Part shown: piece by piece, positions 18,053 to 26,447 of the stretch
Layout of the letters: each line of letters opens with the position of its first letter
How positions within the stretch are numbered: the first letter of the stretch is position 1
DNA from: Actinomycetales bacterium Ga0077552
Lineage (GTDB): Bacteria > Actinomycetota > Actinomycetes > Actinomycetales > Microbacteriaceae
Assembly (NCBI GenBank): GCA_001464255.1
Contig: LNFD01000192.1
Span: 1 to 44,615 of the forward strand
Length of the DNA stretch: 44,615 nt
Reading direction: 5' to 3'
The notes under the pieces: generated by a model
The model's input: the letters and a program-made list of their open reading frames with translations, nothing else
The model's database searches: none
What the model was told of the DNA's origin: nothing
Position numbers and translations under genes: made by a program

Positions 18053-18663
18053 CGGCGACGCGGTACCACCGCAACCGCCAGCATGGACGGGATGGTGATG
18101 TTCCACCCCGCTTCGCTCGTGTATGTGTGCGGCCCAGTGAGGTAGCCGTAGACGCGGACTCGCGAGTTGGCGACCACCGACTCGTCAGGCGGAACGAACG
18201 CCTCTACCCACACGGGATCCGACCCGTACGACCCGGTACCAAGGCGCAAGAACGTTCCGCCGTCCGGCAGATCGTGAATCTCGAGGACGCGGCCCGAGAA
18301 AACGACGCGATCTCCCACGTGTGAATCGGGGCTACGCTCGAGCATCCCGTAGCTGACGTCCGCCGCCGAGTTCGACCACTGCTCCAGCGTCGATTCGAGC
18401 TCCGAACCGTCGAGACCGCGGAGCCCGATGGCCTCGACTCGCATCCCAGCGATGATGCGCTCCCCCTCTGACATCGGGGGCGGAGGAGGCGGCGCCAGGG
18501 GCGCGGGTGGCGGCAGAACCGCTGCCGCTGGCGGCTCTGCTGCGATGGTGGGGGCAGTTGCCACCACAGCGCGCATGGTCACCCAGGTCATGACGCAGGC
18601 CATCACCACCAGCACCCCGACGGCGGCGCCTGCGACGCCGAGCAAGAAACGTTGAGCGGTCAC
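18049..18663 (-). CDS. Membrane-anchored protein with Pro linker and OB-fold-like domain
   Basis: N-terminal TM helix, poly-Pro, LERSPDSHVGDRVVFSGRVLEI..YTSEAGWNITIP; GTG 18663. Confidence 0.7.
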   Translation of the reverse strand: MTAQRFLLGVAGAAVGVLVVMACVMTWVTMRAVVATAPTIAAEPPAAAVLPPPAPLAPPPPPPMSEGERIIAGMRVEAIGLRGLDGSELESTLEQWSNSAADVSYGMLERSPDSHVGDRVVFSGRVLEIHDLPDGGTFLRLGTGSYGSDPVWVEAFVPPDESVVANSRVRVYGYLTGPHTYTSEAGWNITIPSMLAVAVVPRRR

Positions 18664-19217
18664 CGCGTCTCCACGACGATCCGCGCCGTGGTCCAGTGAT
18701 AGGTCGACCCGCTTCGGTTCGCCGTTCCATCGGCCGACGTCGACACGTTCTCGCTCGCCGACCCGCATGTAGCTCGGACCCTGCCTTCGCCGATGGACAC
18801 GTCGACGGTTTGGCAATCGAGTTCGTCGGCGTAGTAGTCGTACACGTAGTCTCCGGTGCAGACCGCGCCTGCCGGACAGAGCGAGGAGGGGTCGAGTCCC
18901 GAGCGGATCGGACCGCAGACGACTGCGAACGCGCGGACCACCGACGATGGCGGAACGTCCACCGCGACCTCTGCGGACCACAGCGACAAAGACGACGCGT
19001 AGCGGCCTCCGGCCGGCATCTCATAGACGTAGTCGTAGACCACCCGCTCCACGCACGGGATCCCTTCGTAGACCATCTGCGCCGACGCATCCGAGTCCGC
19101 GTCGCGCAGCGTCTCGCCCACGTCCACCATCGCATCCCCGACCATCGAGACCATCGGCGGCGCACACGCCCAGACCACCGACGCCGCGACTACGCCCACC
19201 GCCAAGGTTCGCCTCAT
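18660..19217 (-). CDS. Putative lipoprotein
   Basis: MRRTLAVGVVAASVVWAC signal with lipobox-like VWAC; several Cys in the mature part. Confidence 0.7.
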   Translation of the reverse strand: MRRTLAVGVVAASVVWACAPPMVSMVGDAMVDVGETLRDADSDASAQMVYEGIPCVERVVYDYVYEMPAGGRYASSLSLWSAEVAVDVPPSSVVRAFAVVCGPIRSGLDPSSLCPAGAVCTGDYVYDYYADELDCQTVDVSIGEGRVRATCGSASENVSTSADGTANRSGSTYHWTTARIVVETR

Positions 19218-19274
19218 GCGTCGATGCTCGCACCCCTCCGAGAGGACGGTCGCGAGAAAAACGCACGTCACGCT

Positions 19275-19313
19275 CGACTAGTCCTTGACGCCTAGTCGCT
19301 CTCGATCCAAGGT
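19275..19313 (+). promoter_or_regulatory. Rightward early promoter with putative operator
   Basis: TTGACG (19285), 17 bp, CAAGGT (19308); CGCCTAGTCGCTC matches the cro/repressor spacer; inverted CGACTAG at 19275. Confidence 0.6.
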
Positions 19314-19335
19314 CACCTTCGAAAGGTTGGTGGCC

Positions 19336-19836
19336 ATGGAGAACGGAACGACGGTCGATTGGTCTGAGAGGTTCATCGCGCTGGTTCTCGCCGCACGTCC
19401 GCACACGTCGCGCGCGGACATCGAGGCGCCGGTCTCCCGCTGGCTGGTGAAGCCCGAGTCGCTCGCGGTCGCAACGTCGTACTGCCTGGCGTCCATCCGC
19501 GACCTCGAGAACGTGACGCGTCCCGGTTCGCGGCTCGCCCGTGAGTACGGCTACACGGCGGAGGATCTCGCCACCGCGCGTCGCCGGCTCGCTGGCGAGC
19601 GCGCGCTGCTCGCGGCTCTCTACGAGTTCGCGGCGGCGACGATGGTCCAGACCGCGCCGGTGCTCGGCCTCGTCAACCTTCTCGACGAGATCGACCCGGT
19701 CGCCGCGTGGGTGGAACTCGAGGACGAGTCGGCGCTGCGTCGTCACGCTGTGGACCTCGCGGTCACCGGGCTCGTCGACGAGATCCTCACGGTCGCAAGC
19801 GTCGACGCGATGCTCAGTGTCGGAGGTGCGTCGTGA
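19336..19836 (+). CDS. Hypothetical early protein
   Basis: SD AAAGG then ATG 19336; coupled downstream. Confidence 0.6.
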   Translation: MENGTTVDWSERFIALVLAARPHTSRADIEAPVSRWLVKPESLAVATSYCLASIRDLENVTRPGSRLAREYGYTAEDLATARRRLAGERALLAALYEFAAATMVQTAPVLGLVNLLDEIDPVAAWVELEDESALRRHAVDLAVTGLVDEILTVASVDAMLSVGGAS

Positions 19837-20123
19837 TGGTGCTCGTCCACGTCACCAACGAGGCCCAGCGCTCGATCGAAGCGTGCGCCGACGCGGCCGG
19901 GGTGGGCGGAGTGGTCCAGCGCCAGCTGGTCGTCCGCTCTCCCGACGAGCGCCGATGGTGCGTCACGGGGCCCGCGGATGCGCTGGAGATCGTTCAGCGC
20001 GGCCTCGAGATGGCCGCGTCAGTCCAGGCGACCTTCGGCCGTCTCCGTGAGGCGTCCCGGCTCTACGGGCTCGCCGCCGAGCTCCAGGAGGCGCTTCGGA
20101 CGCAGGCGCAGAGGGCCGCATGA
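19836..20123 (+). CDS. Hypothetical protein
   Basis: SD GGAGGT; coupled at both ends. Confidence 0.55.
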   Translation: MVLVHVTNEAQRSIEACADAAGVGGVVQRQLVVRSPDERRWCVTGPADALEIVQRGLEMAASVQATFGRLREASRLYGLAAELQEALRTQAQRAA

Positions 20124-20314
20124 TCGCGGTCGTCGGCGGCCACGCGGGCAAGGCGCTCGACGCCCTGCGAACCCGGGCGCTCGCCGCGCGCGCTCTGCAC
20201 CGCGCGCTCCTCGTCGCACCGCGGCCGACCCTCGATGGGTACCTAGAGATCCTCGTGGCCGGCATCCACGCCGAACAGGCCGAGGACGCGCTGGCTCGGG
20301 CGGTGTGCTCGTGA
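20120..20314 (+). CDS. Hypothetical protein
   Basis: 64 aa, coupled at both ends. Confidence 0.5.
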   Translation: MIAVVGGHAGKALDALRTRALAARALHRALLVAPRPTLDGYLEILVAGIHAEQAEDALARAVCS

Positions 20315-20541
20315 GCCACTCGATCGGTCTCTGCGGGTTCTGCGGGCGCCCGCTCGACGGATCTGGCCACCGCACATGCGACTGCGCGCGGAAGCGCGCC
20401 CTCGTCTCCACCCTCCACGTCACCGTGGCCCGTGCCGCGTACCTCGCCTCCACCCTTCGGCCGCTGCCCGCGGCCCGCCCCGTCAACCACTACCGGCGCG
20501 CGCTTCGAATCGCGTGCGCCCTCGAAAGGACCGCATCATGA
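20311..20541 (+). CDS. Small Cys-rich protein
   Basis: CGFCG...CDC; coupled at both ends. Confidence 0.5.
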   Translation: MSHSIGLCGFCGRPLDGSGHRTCDCARKRALVSTLHVTVARAAYLASTLRPLPAARPVNHYRRALRIACALERTAS

Positions 20542-21434
20542 CCCAGACCCAGACTCAGGAATCCCACACCGGAACCGTCGTCCCGCAGTCGGAGTCGACC
20601 GCCATCGCGCAGCGACCGCGCGAGCCGATCTCCGGCACCTACCACGACGCCAAGGCGCTGGACGCAAAACTCAAGGAGGCGGCGCACCGGGCCCACCTGA
20701 TCTCGCCGTTCACGTCCGCGGGCGCCCTGCCCGAGGGCTTCGGCGTGCGCCTGACCGCGGTGATGGTCGACGTGAAGAACGAGACCTACCCGATTCCGGG
20801 GCCGGGTCCGAGCAAGCGCGGGCTCTCGAAGGCTGCGCTCGACAAGCTCGGCCATGCCCTCGGGCTCTCGTGGAATCCGCAGGTGAGCGGGCGCCTCGAC
20901 GATGGGCGCGACCCTCGGTACTGCCGCTACCGCGCGGTCGGCAGCTACATGGGCGCCGACGGGATCCGCCATGTCGTCTCGGCGGAGAAGGAGATGGACC
21001 TTCGAGACGGCTCTCCGACGATCGTCGGGCTGATCGAGAAGGCGAAGTCGAAGGACAAGGACGCGACCGGCCAGATCCGCGAGCTGCGCATGCACATCGT
21101 GTCGCACGCCGAAACCAAGGCGCGCCTCCGCGCGATCCGCTCGATGGGCATCCGCACGTCCTATGGCGACGATGAGCTCACGAAGCCGTTCGTCGCCGTC
21201 CAGGTGACCTTCACGGGTCACACCAGCGACCCCGCGCTCCGGACCGAGTTCTCGAAGATGATCGCGGCGAACGCTCTCGGCGGCACCGCGCTCTTCTACC
21301 CGCCGACGAACGTCCCGATGCTCGAGCGCGAACCCGCGCCGCCCGTCGGAGAGCTCACCGATGGCGACGACGACGATGACCTGCCGCTCCCGGCGTCGAC
21401 CATCGACCGCGGCGACGACGGGGAGCGCTGGTGA
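20538..21434 (+). CDS. Putative single-strand annealing/recombination protein
   Basis: Immediately upstream of sbcD; AETKARLRAIR helix and acidic tail reminiscent of Rad52/Sak-like annealases; function is inferred. Confidence 0.45.
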   Translation: MTQTQTQESHTGTVVPQSESTAIAQRPREPISGTYHDAKALDAKLKEAAHRAHLISPFTSAGALPEGFGVRLTAVMVDVKNETYPIPGPGPSKRGLSKAALDKLGHALGLSWNPQVSGRLDDGRDPRYCRYRAVGSYMGADGIRHVVSAEKEMDLRDGSPTIVGLIEKAKSKDKDATGQIRELRMHIVSHAETKARLRAIRSMGIRTSYGDDELTKPFVAVQVTFTGHTSDPALRTEFSKMIAANALGGTALFYPPTNVPMLEREPAPPVGELTDGDDDDDLPLPASTIDRGDDGERW

Positions 21435-22660
21435 TGCGGATCGCGGTCGTCGCCGACTCCCACTTCTCCGAGCGCTCGCGCTTCGAGGAATGCGTCCGCG
21501 TCCACGACTTCATCGCGGACGAGATCATCGCTCGCGACGTCGACCTCGTCATCCACACTGGCGACGTGTACGACGCCCGGTCCACCCCCGCCGAGCGCGC
21601 CGCCGTCGTCTCGTGGGTACGCCGCGTGGCCGACCGCGCGCCGCTCCTCGTCGTGCGCGGCAACCACGACGCCGTCGGCGACCTGCCGCTGCTCGAGCGC
21701 GTGCGCACCCGGCACCAGGTGCGCGTCGAGGAGAGGGTCGGCACTGCCTCCTTCGACACGCGCGCGGGGCGCGTGGTGGTTGGCGTGCTCGCCTGGCCTC
21801 AGACCGCCTACCTCGCGAACGCGCTCGGCCACGCGTCCCTCGAGCATACCCAGCTCGCCGCGGGTGACGCGATGCGCTCTGTGATGCGCGGACTCGGCGC
21901 GCAGCTCTCCGGGTGGAGCCCGGACACGACGCGGATCTTCGCGGCCCACGCGATGGTGCGCGGATCGATGACCTCGACGGGGCAGCCCCTCGTCGGCTGC
22001 GACCTCGAGGTCGGCCTCGACGACATCGCGCTCACCGGCGCCGACGTGGCAGTGCTCGGGCACATCCACAAGCCGCAGTCGTGGGACGTCGACGTCTCGA
22101 GCGATGCGCGCTCAGAGGCGTATCGCCAGACAATGCGGGTCATCTACCCGGGCAGCCCGCGCCGGACCGCGTTCGGCGAGGTCGAGTCCAAGGGCTTCCT
22201 CGTTCTCACGATCGGCGAGCGCGACGGGCGCGGCATCGCGTCGGTCGACGTCGAGACGGTCGCCACGCCGTGCGCCCCGATGCACCTCGTGACGGGGAAC
22301 TATCTCGTGGACGAGCAGGCCCCGTACGGTGGCGAGCCGTTCACTGGTCTCGCGCACGATGGCCACCGCATCGAGGTCGCCGGGGCCGAGATCCGCTTCC
22401 GCTACCTCGTCGCCGCGGACCGTCGGGAGGCTGCGAAGGTCGACGCCGCGAGGTTCGAGGCGGCGTGGCGAAGCGCTGGCGCCGCGGTCGTGAAGGTCGA
22501 AGAGGAGGTCATCGCCCCGCAGCGGGCGCGAGCTCCGGAGATCGCATCGGCCGTCACCGTCGCCGACAAGCTGCGGGCCCTCTATGCGAGGCAGGGGCTC
22601 GACGGCGAGCGCGCCGAGCGGCTCATCGCCCGAGCGATGGAGATCGAGCGCGCCGCATAG
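21431..22660 (+). CDS. sbcD: SbcD/Mre11-like nuclease
   Basis: DSH, GDVYD, GNHD, LGHIH and YPGSP metallophosphoesterase motifs. Confidence 0.9.
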   Translation: MMRIAVVADSHFSERSRFEECVRVHDFIADEIIARDVDLVIHTGDVYDARSTPAERAAVVSWVRRVADRAPLLVVRGNHDAVGDLPLLERVRTRHQVRVEERVGTASFDTRAGRVVVGVLAWPQTAYLANALGHASLEHTQLAAGDAMRSVMRGLGAQLSGWSPDTTRIFAAHAMVRGSMTSTGQPLVGCDLEVGLDDIALTGADVAVLGHIHKPQSWDVDVSSDARSEAYRQTMRVIYPGSPRRTAFGEVESKGFLVLTIGERDGRGIASVDVETVATPCAPMHLVTGNYLVDEQAPYGGEPFTGLAHDGHRIEVAGAEIRFRYLVAADRREAAKVDAARFEAAWRSAGAAVVKVEEEVIAPQRARAPEIASAVTVADKLRALYARQGLDGERAERLIARAMEIERAA

Positions 22661-22664
22661 GATT

Positions 22665-22781
22665 TGGCCGGGACCGGGCGACCGTCGAGTAGGCCCTCGG
22701 GCCGATGGGACGATCCGGAGAACGTAAGTCCAGACGCGAAACCTTGGCGCGTGAACGAGGTGGCACCTCGGAGAGACGGGG
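22665..22781 (+). ncRNA. Candidate structured RNA element
   Basis: Nested stems GGAC/GTCC, CCGTC/GATGG and GGCC/GGCC; hairpin ACGCG/CGCGT; hairpin CCTCG-GAGAGA-CGGGG. Confidence 0.35.
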
Positions 22782-22786
22782 ATTTC

Positions 22787-22913
22787 GAGACGGCTCTGTC
22801 AGCTGATGCGCAGTCGGCGGGGCACATGGACAGCTGGGTCTCGCGGGCGGGCTTTCAATCCTTTCACCGCACGAACGGGACATGCGACCGAGGTCCGAAT
22901 CCTCGGCGTCTCA
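22787..22913 (+). ncRNA. tRNA-like RNA with enlarged interior
   Basis: GAGACG/CGTCTC-A acceptor-like stem stacked on a CCGAGG-TCCGAAT-CCTCGG T-arm. Confidence 0.55.
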
Positions 22914-22925
22914 GGGAGAGCGAAC

Positions 22926-25388
22926 ATGCGATTCGACGGGATCAAGATTCACAACATGGGGACGTTCGGCGACGTCGATCTCGACCTCGGCGCGCTCCCT
23001 GGGATCGTGGCAGTCGTCGGCGAGAACGGCGCGGGCAAGAGCACGCTCCTCGAGCTGCTCGCCGGAGGCGTGACCCGCGAGTGCCCGACGCGAGGTCCGC
23101 TCTCGGGGCTCGCTCGAGGCCGCGACTCGTGGGTTGAGACCCGCTGCGCGAGCGGCGGAGAGGCGTACACGATCCGCCACACCGTCGACGCGCTCTCGGG
23201 CAAGGGCGAGTCCCTCGTCGTCGGCGCCGACGGGGTCCCGTGCATCCCCGACACGAAGGTGCGCAGCTTCGACGCGTGGGCGTCGAGCCATCTGCCGGCG
23301 CCGGAGGTGCTCTACGCGGCGCAGTTCGGGGTGCAGGGTGACGCGGGGTTCCTCGCGCTGAAGCCCAGCGCGCGGAAGGCTGTCCTCCTCCGGCTACTCG
23401 GCGTCGAGCGCTTCGAGCGCTACGCCGCGACGTCGGGCGAGCTCCGGCGGGGCGCGCTCGTCGCGGCCGATCGCATCCAGGCCCAGATTGGCGAGATCCA
23501 GGGCGACACCGTCGAGCACGCAACGGATCTGCTCGAAGCTTGCCGGACGCGCCTGGCCGAAGCGCAGCTGCGCGCGAGCGACGCTGGCCTGCGCGTGACC
23601 GCGACTCGTCAGGCGGCCGCCGCGTTGCGGGCGGAAGAGGCTCGCGTCGCCGAGCTCCACGGGCAGATCGTCCAGCGCAACCTCGCCCGGCGCGACATCG
23701 AGAAGCGCATCGAGACCCGGACGACAGAGCAGACCGACCTGCTCGCGCGGCTCGCGAACAATCGGCGCGTCCTCGAAGAGGCGGACGAGATCCGCGCTGC
23801 CGCAGCGCGACGAGAGAAGCTCCTCGCCGAGGTGGCAGCGTCCACGGCAGCGGCCGACGCCGCCCAGATCGAGCACCAACGTGCGAGGAACGACGTCGCC
23901 CGCGTGAACGCATCGGCGACCGCGGCGGAGGCCCAGCTCGACGCTGCCATCGCACGACGCGGCGTGGCCGTCCGCCGCGTCGCTTCGTTTCGGGAGGCGC
24001 GTGCGGCAGCGGCCCGGGCGCCCGAACTGCGCGCCTCCTCCGAAGCGATCGGGAATCGGCTGGCGCAGATCGAGTCGGAGCTTGCGGCGGCCCGCGCGTA
24101 CCAGGCCGCCGGGGTTGACGCCCGGATCGACCCGCTCTTGCTGGCTCTCCGCGCCATCGCCAGCGGCATCTCTTCCGCCCCCTCCATCGCCCAGGAGACC
24201 CTCGACAAGGACGCGGACCACGTCGCACGCATGGAGGCGCTCCCAGGCCGCATCGCCGACCTCGAGGCGTCGCGGCGGACGCACCTCGCCGAGCTCTCGC
24301 GGGTCGAGCGTGACTTGGCCTCGGCGGTCGCGGCTGGGAAGCACGTTGCGGCGCAGGGAGACCTCGACTCCGCCGTAGCCGATGCGGAGCGTGAGGTGGA
24401 GAGCGTCTCAGCGTTGCTGGCCGCTGCCCGCGCCGAGGTGGCTTCGATCTGCGACAAGCTTGCCGCCTCACACGCGCGACTCGAGGAAGGTCGCCGCGCT
24501 CACGAAACGCTGCTCGCGGAGTTGAGGCCGCTCCAGGGCGTGGAGAGTCGCTGCCAGCGCCTTCTCGCTGCCGAGGGTCGGATCGAGGAGCTGCTCCCGC
24601 AGGTCGACGCCGCGGCGGCGGAGGTCGCGAAGCTGTGGGCGGAGCTCGGGTCGATGGGCCCTCGCGAGCCCGAGGAACGCCCGCGAATCGACGTCGAGTA
24701 CGGCGAGAGCCAGGAGCGGGAAGCGCATGCGCAGCATGCCCACGCCGCCGCTGGGGTCGCTGGCGCGGAGTCCCGCGTCGGGGAAGCGGAGCGCCACCAT
24801 GCCGCGGCGACAGCCTCCGCTGACCGCCGTGAGCAGCTTCGCGCCGAGCTAGCGGTGCAACAGGAACTCGTCGCCGACTACGCGCACCTCCAGGCCGACT
24901 TCGGGCGCGAGGGGATCCAGGCCTTCGAGATCGACGCGGCGGGCCCCGAGCTCTCCGCGCTCGCCACGGACCTCCTCCACACCTGCGTCGGCCCACGCTG
25001 GACGGTCTGCGTCGACACCCAGCGCCTCGGCGCCGACGGCCGCTTGCTGGAGTCGCTCGAGGTCCGCGTGCTCGACACCGAGGCTGGCCGCGAGGGCCCC
25101 GTCGAGACGTTCTCCGGAGGAGAGCGCGTGCTCATCGGCGAGGCCGTCTCGCTCGCGCTCACGATGCTCGCGTGCCGCTCGAGCGGTCAGCGCGACGTGA
25201 CCATCGTCCGCGACGAGAGCGGGGCGGCGCTCGATGGCGCGAAGGCCCGTGCCTACGTCGAGATGCTTCGTCGCGCCGTCGCCCACATCGGCGCGCGCCA
25301 GGTCCTCCTGGTCAGCCACTCCCCCGACGTCGCGGAACTCTGCGACGCCCGTCTCGTCGTGTCCGAAGGAAAGGTGACCGTCCAGTGA
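22926..25388 (+). CDS. sbcC: SbcC/Rad50-like SMC ATPase
   Basis: GENGAGKS, long coiled coil, FSGGE, IVRDE..ALD, LLVSH; SD GGGAG before ATG 22926. Confidence 0.9.
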   Translation: MRFDGIKIHNMGTFGDVDLDLGALPGIVAVVGENGAGKSTLLELLAGGVTRECPTRGPLSGLARGRDSWVETRCASGGEAYTIRHTVDALSGKGESLVVGADGVPCIPDTKVRSFDAWASSHLPAPEVLYAAQFGVQGDAGFLALKPSARKAVLLRLLGVERFERYAATSGELRRGALVAADRIQAQIGEIQGDTVEHATDLLEACRTRLAEAQLRASDAGLRVTATRQAAAALRAEEARVAELHGQIVQRNLARRDIEKRIETRTTEQTDLLARLANNRRVLEEADEIRAAAARREKLLAEVAASTAAADAAQIEHQRARNDVARVNASATAAEAQLDAAIARRGVAVRRVASFREARAAAARAPELRASSEAIGNRLAQIESELAAARAYQAAGVDARIDPLLLALRAIASGISSAPSIAQETLDKDADHVARMEALPGRIADLEASRRTHLAELSRVERDLASAVAAGKHVAAQGDLDSAVADAEREVESVSALLAAARAEVASICDKLAASHARLEEGRRAHETLLAELRPLQGVESRCQRLLAAEGRIEELLPQVDAAAAEVAKLWAELGSMGPREPEERPRIDVEYGESQEREAHAQHAHAAAGVAGAESRVGEAERHHAAATASADRREQLRAELAVQQELVADYAHLQADFGREGIQAFEIDAAGPELSALATDLLHTCVGPRWTVCVDTQRLGADGRLLESLEVRVLDTEAGREGPVETFSGGERVLIGEAVSLALTMLACRSSGQRDVTIVRDESGAALDGAKARAYVEMLRRAVAHIGARQVLLVSHSPDVAELCDARLVVSEGKVTVQ

Positions 25389-26107
25389 GCATCCGAAAGA
25401 TCAGGCGAAAGAGCGCCGCCGACTACGCGCTGCGGATCCAGAATGACTCGGCGAAGTGGCTGGCGGACCACGTGATCCGGAGTCGCGACTCGCGGTCGTG
25501 GCTCGTCTTCCGAAAGAAGGACGGGGCCTTCCGATCCGAGTACTGGTTCGAGGCGATCGTCCTCGCCGGTGGCGAGCTGTACGTGCACGGCGACATCGGC
25601 GGCATGCACTTCGCGCACTACGGATCTCACACGCACCCGGAGCAGGTGCTCCGCTGGATGGGTGGGCGGAGTCGCCGAGAGACGGCGGGATACGTCGCCG
25701 AGAAGGCCTCGATCGGGATGGGTGGCAAGTCAGACGACTACGTCTGGTCGTACGCCGAAGAGGTCTTCCTCAACGACGCGCTCCACCACATCGAGGAGTA
25801 CTGCCTCGACGGGGCCACTGGCTACTTCGATCAGGAGGACGTGAACCTCGAGCCGCACGAGCATCTGATCCCCGCGGGTATCCGCGAGGCAGTCGGCAGG
25901 ATTCTCACCGGCAGAAGCGTCGAAGACGCGCGCGAGTCGCTGGCCGAGGACGGCCGCATCAACGCGATGGACGTCGAGTGGTACCGATGGGGCCGCGTCC
26001 CCTCGTCGCGCCTGATCATGGCGCATGAGGCGCTGCGCGCGCTCGTGCGGCTGCTCGGCGCCGAAGAGGCTGGTGCGACCGCGCGCCCCGAGGTGACCAG
26101 TGGCTGA
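25385..26107 (+). CDS. Phage hypothetical protein
   Basis: GTG 25385 coupled; YWFEAIVLAGGELYVHGDIG segment. Confidence 0.65.
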   Translation: MSIRKIRRKSAADYALRIQNDSAKWLADHVIRSRDSRSWLVFRKKDGAFRSEYWFEAIVLAGGELYVHGDIGGMHFAHYGSHTHPEQVLRWMGGRSRRETAGYVAEKASIGMGGKSDDYVWSYAEEVFLNDALHHIEEYCLDGATGYFDQEDVNLEPHEHLIPAGIREAVGRILTGRSVEDARESLAEDGRINAMDVEWYRWGRVPSSRLIMAHEALRALVRLLGAEEAGATARPEVTSG

Positions 26108-26447
26108 CGTCCGCAGATACGCGGAGGGCACCGAGGTAGCCCCCGAGAAGTCGCGATCCGAGATCGAGTCGCTGCTTCGTAGTCTGAGCGGCCCCGAGGA
26201 GACCGCGCGTCGCAAGCGGTGGGTGGAGAGCGAAGAGCGCCGCCGTTGGCGTGCCCAGCTGCTCCTCATCAAGGCGAAGCTGGAGATGATCGCCACGGGA
26301 GAGACGACCGTGGAGCGCGAGTTCCTCGCGGACATGGTCCTCCCTGACGGCGGCACGGTCAGCACGCGGATCGCCGCGTCGCTCGCGGAGACGTACTCGA
26401 CGGGGATGAGCGTCCCTCTGCTCGGAGCGGGTGGCGCGCATGACTGA
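26100..26447 (+). CDS. Conserved phage hypothetical protein (possibly internally shortened)
   Basis: RYAEGTEV..EKSRSEIE and RWRA.LL.IKAKLE...EFLADMVLPDG.TV motifs. Confidence 0.65.
   Translation: MADVRRYAEGTEVAPEKSRSEIESLLRSLSGPEETARRKRWVESEERRRWRAQLLLIKAKLEMIATGETTVEREFLADMVLPDGGTVSTRIAASLAETYSTGMSVPLLGAGGAHD

Noticed and set aside
22787-22913. Canonical tRNA or tmRNA
   Set aside because: No standard D-loop or 7-nt anticodon loop; too short for tmRNA and no tag frame evident. Kept only as tRNA-like.
22664-22925. Protein-coding use of the sbcD-sbcC gap (157-aa ORF or 40-aa SbcC extension)
   Set aside because: SbcC has an SD and a family-typical start at 22926; the alternative ORF overlaps sbcC out of frame and has no recognisable motif.
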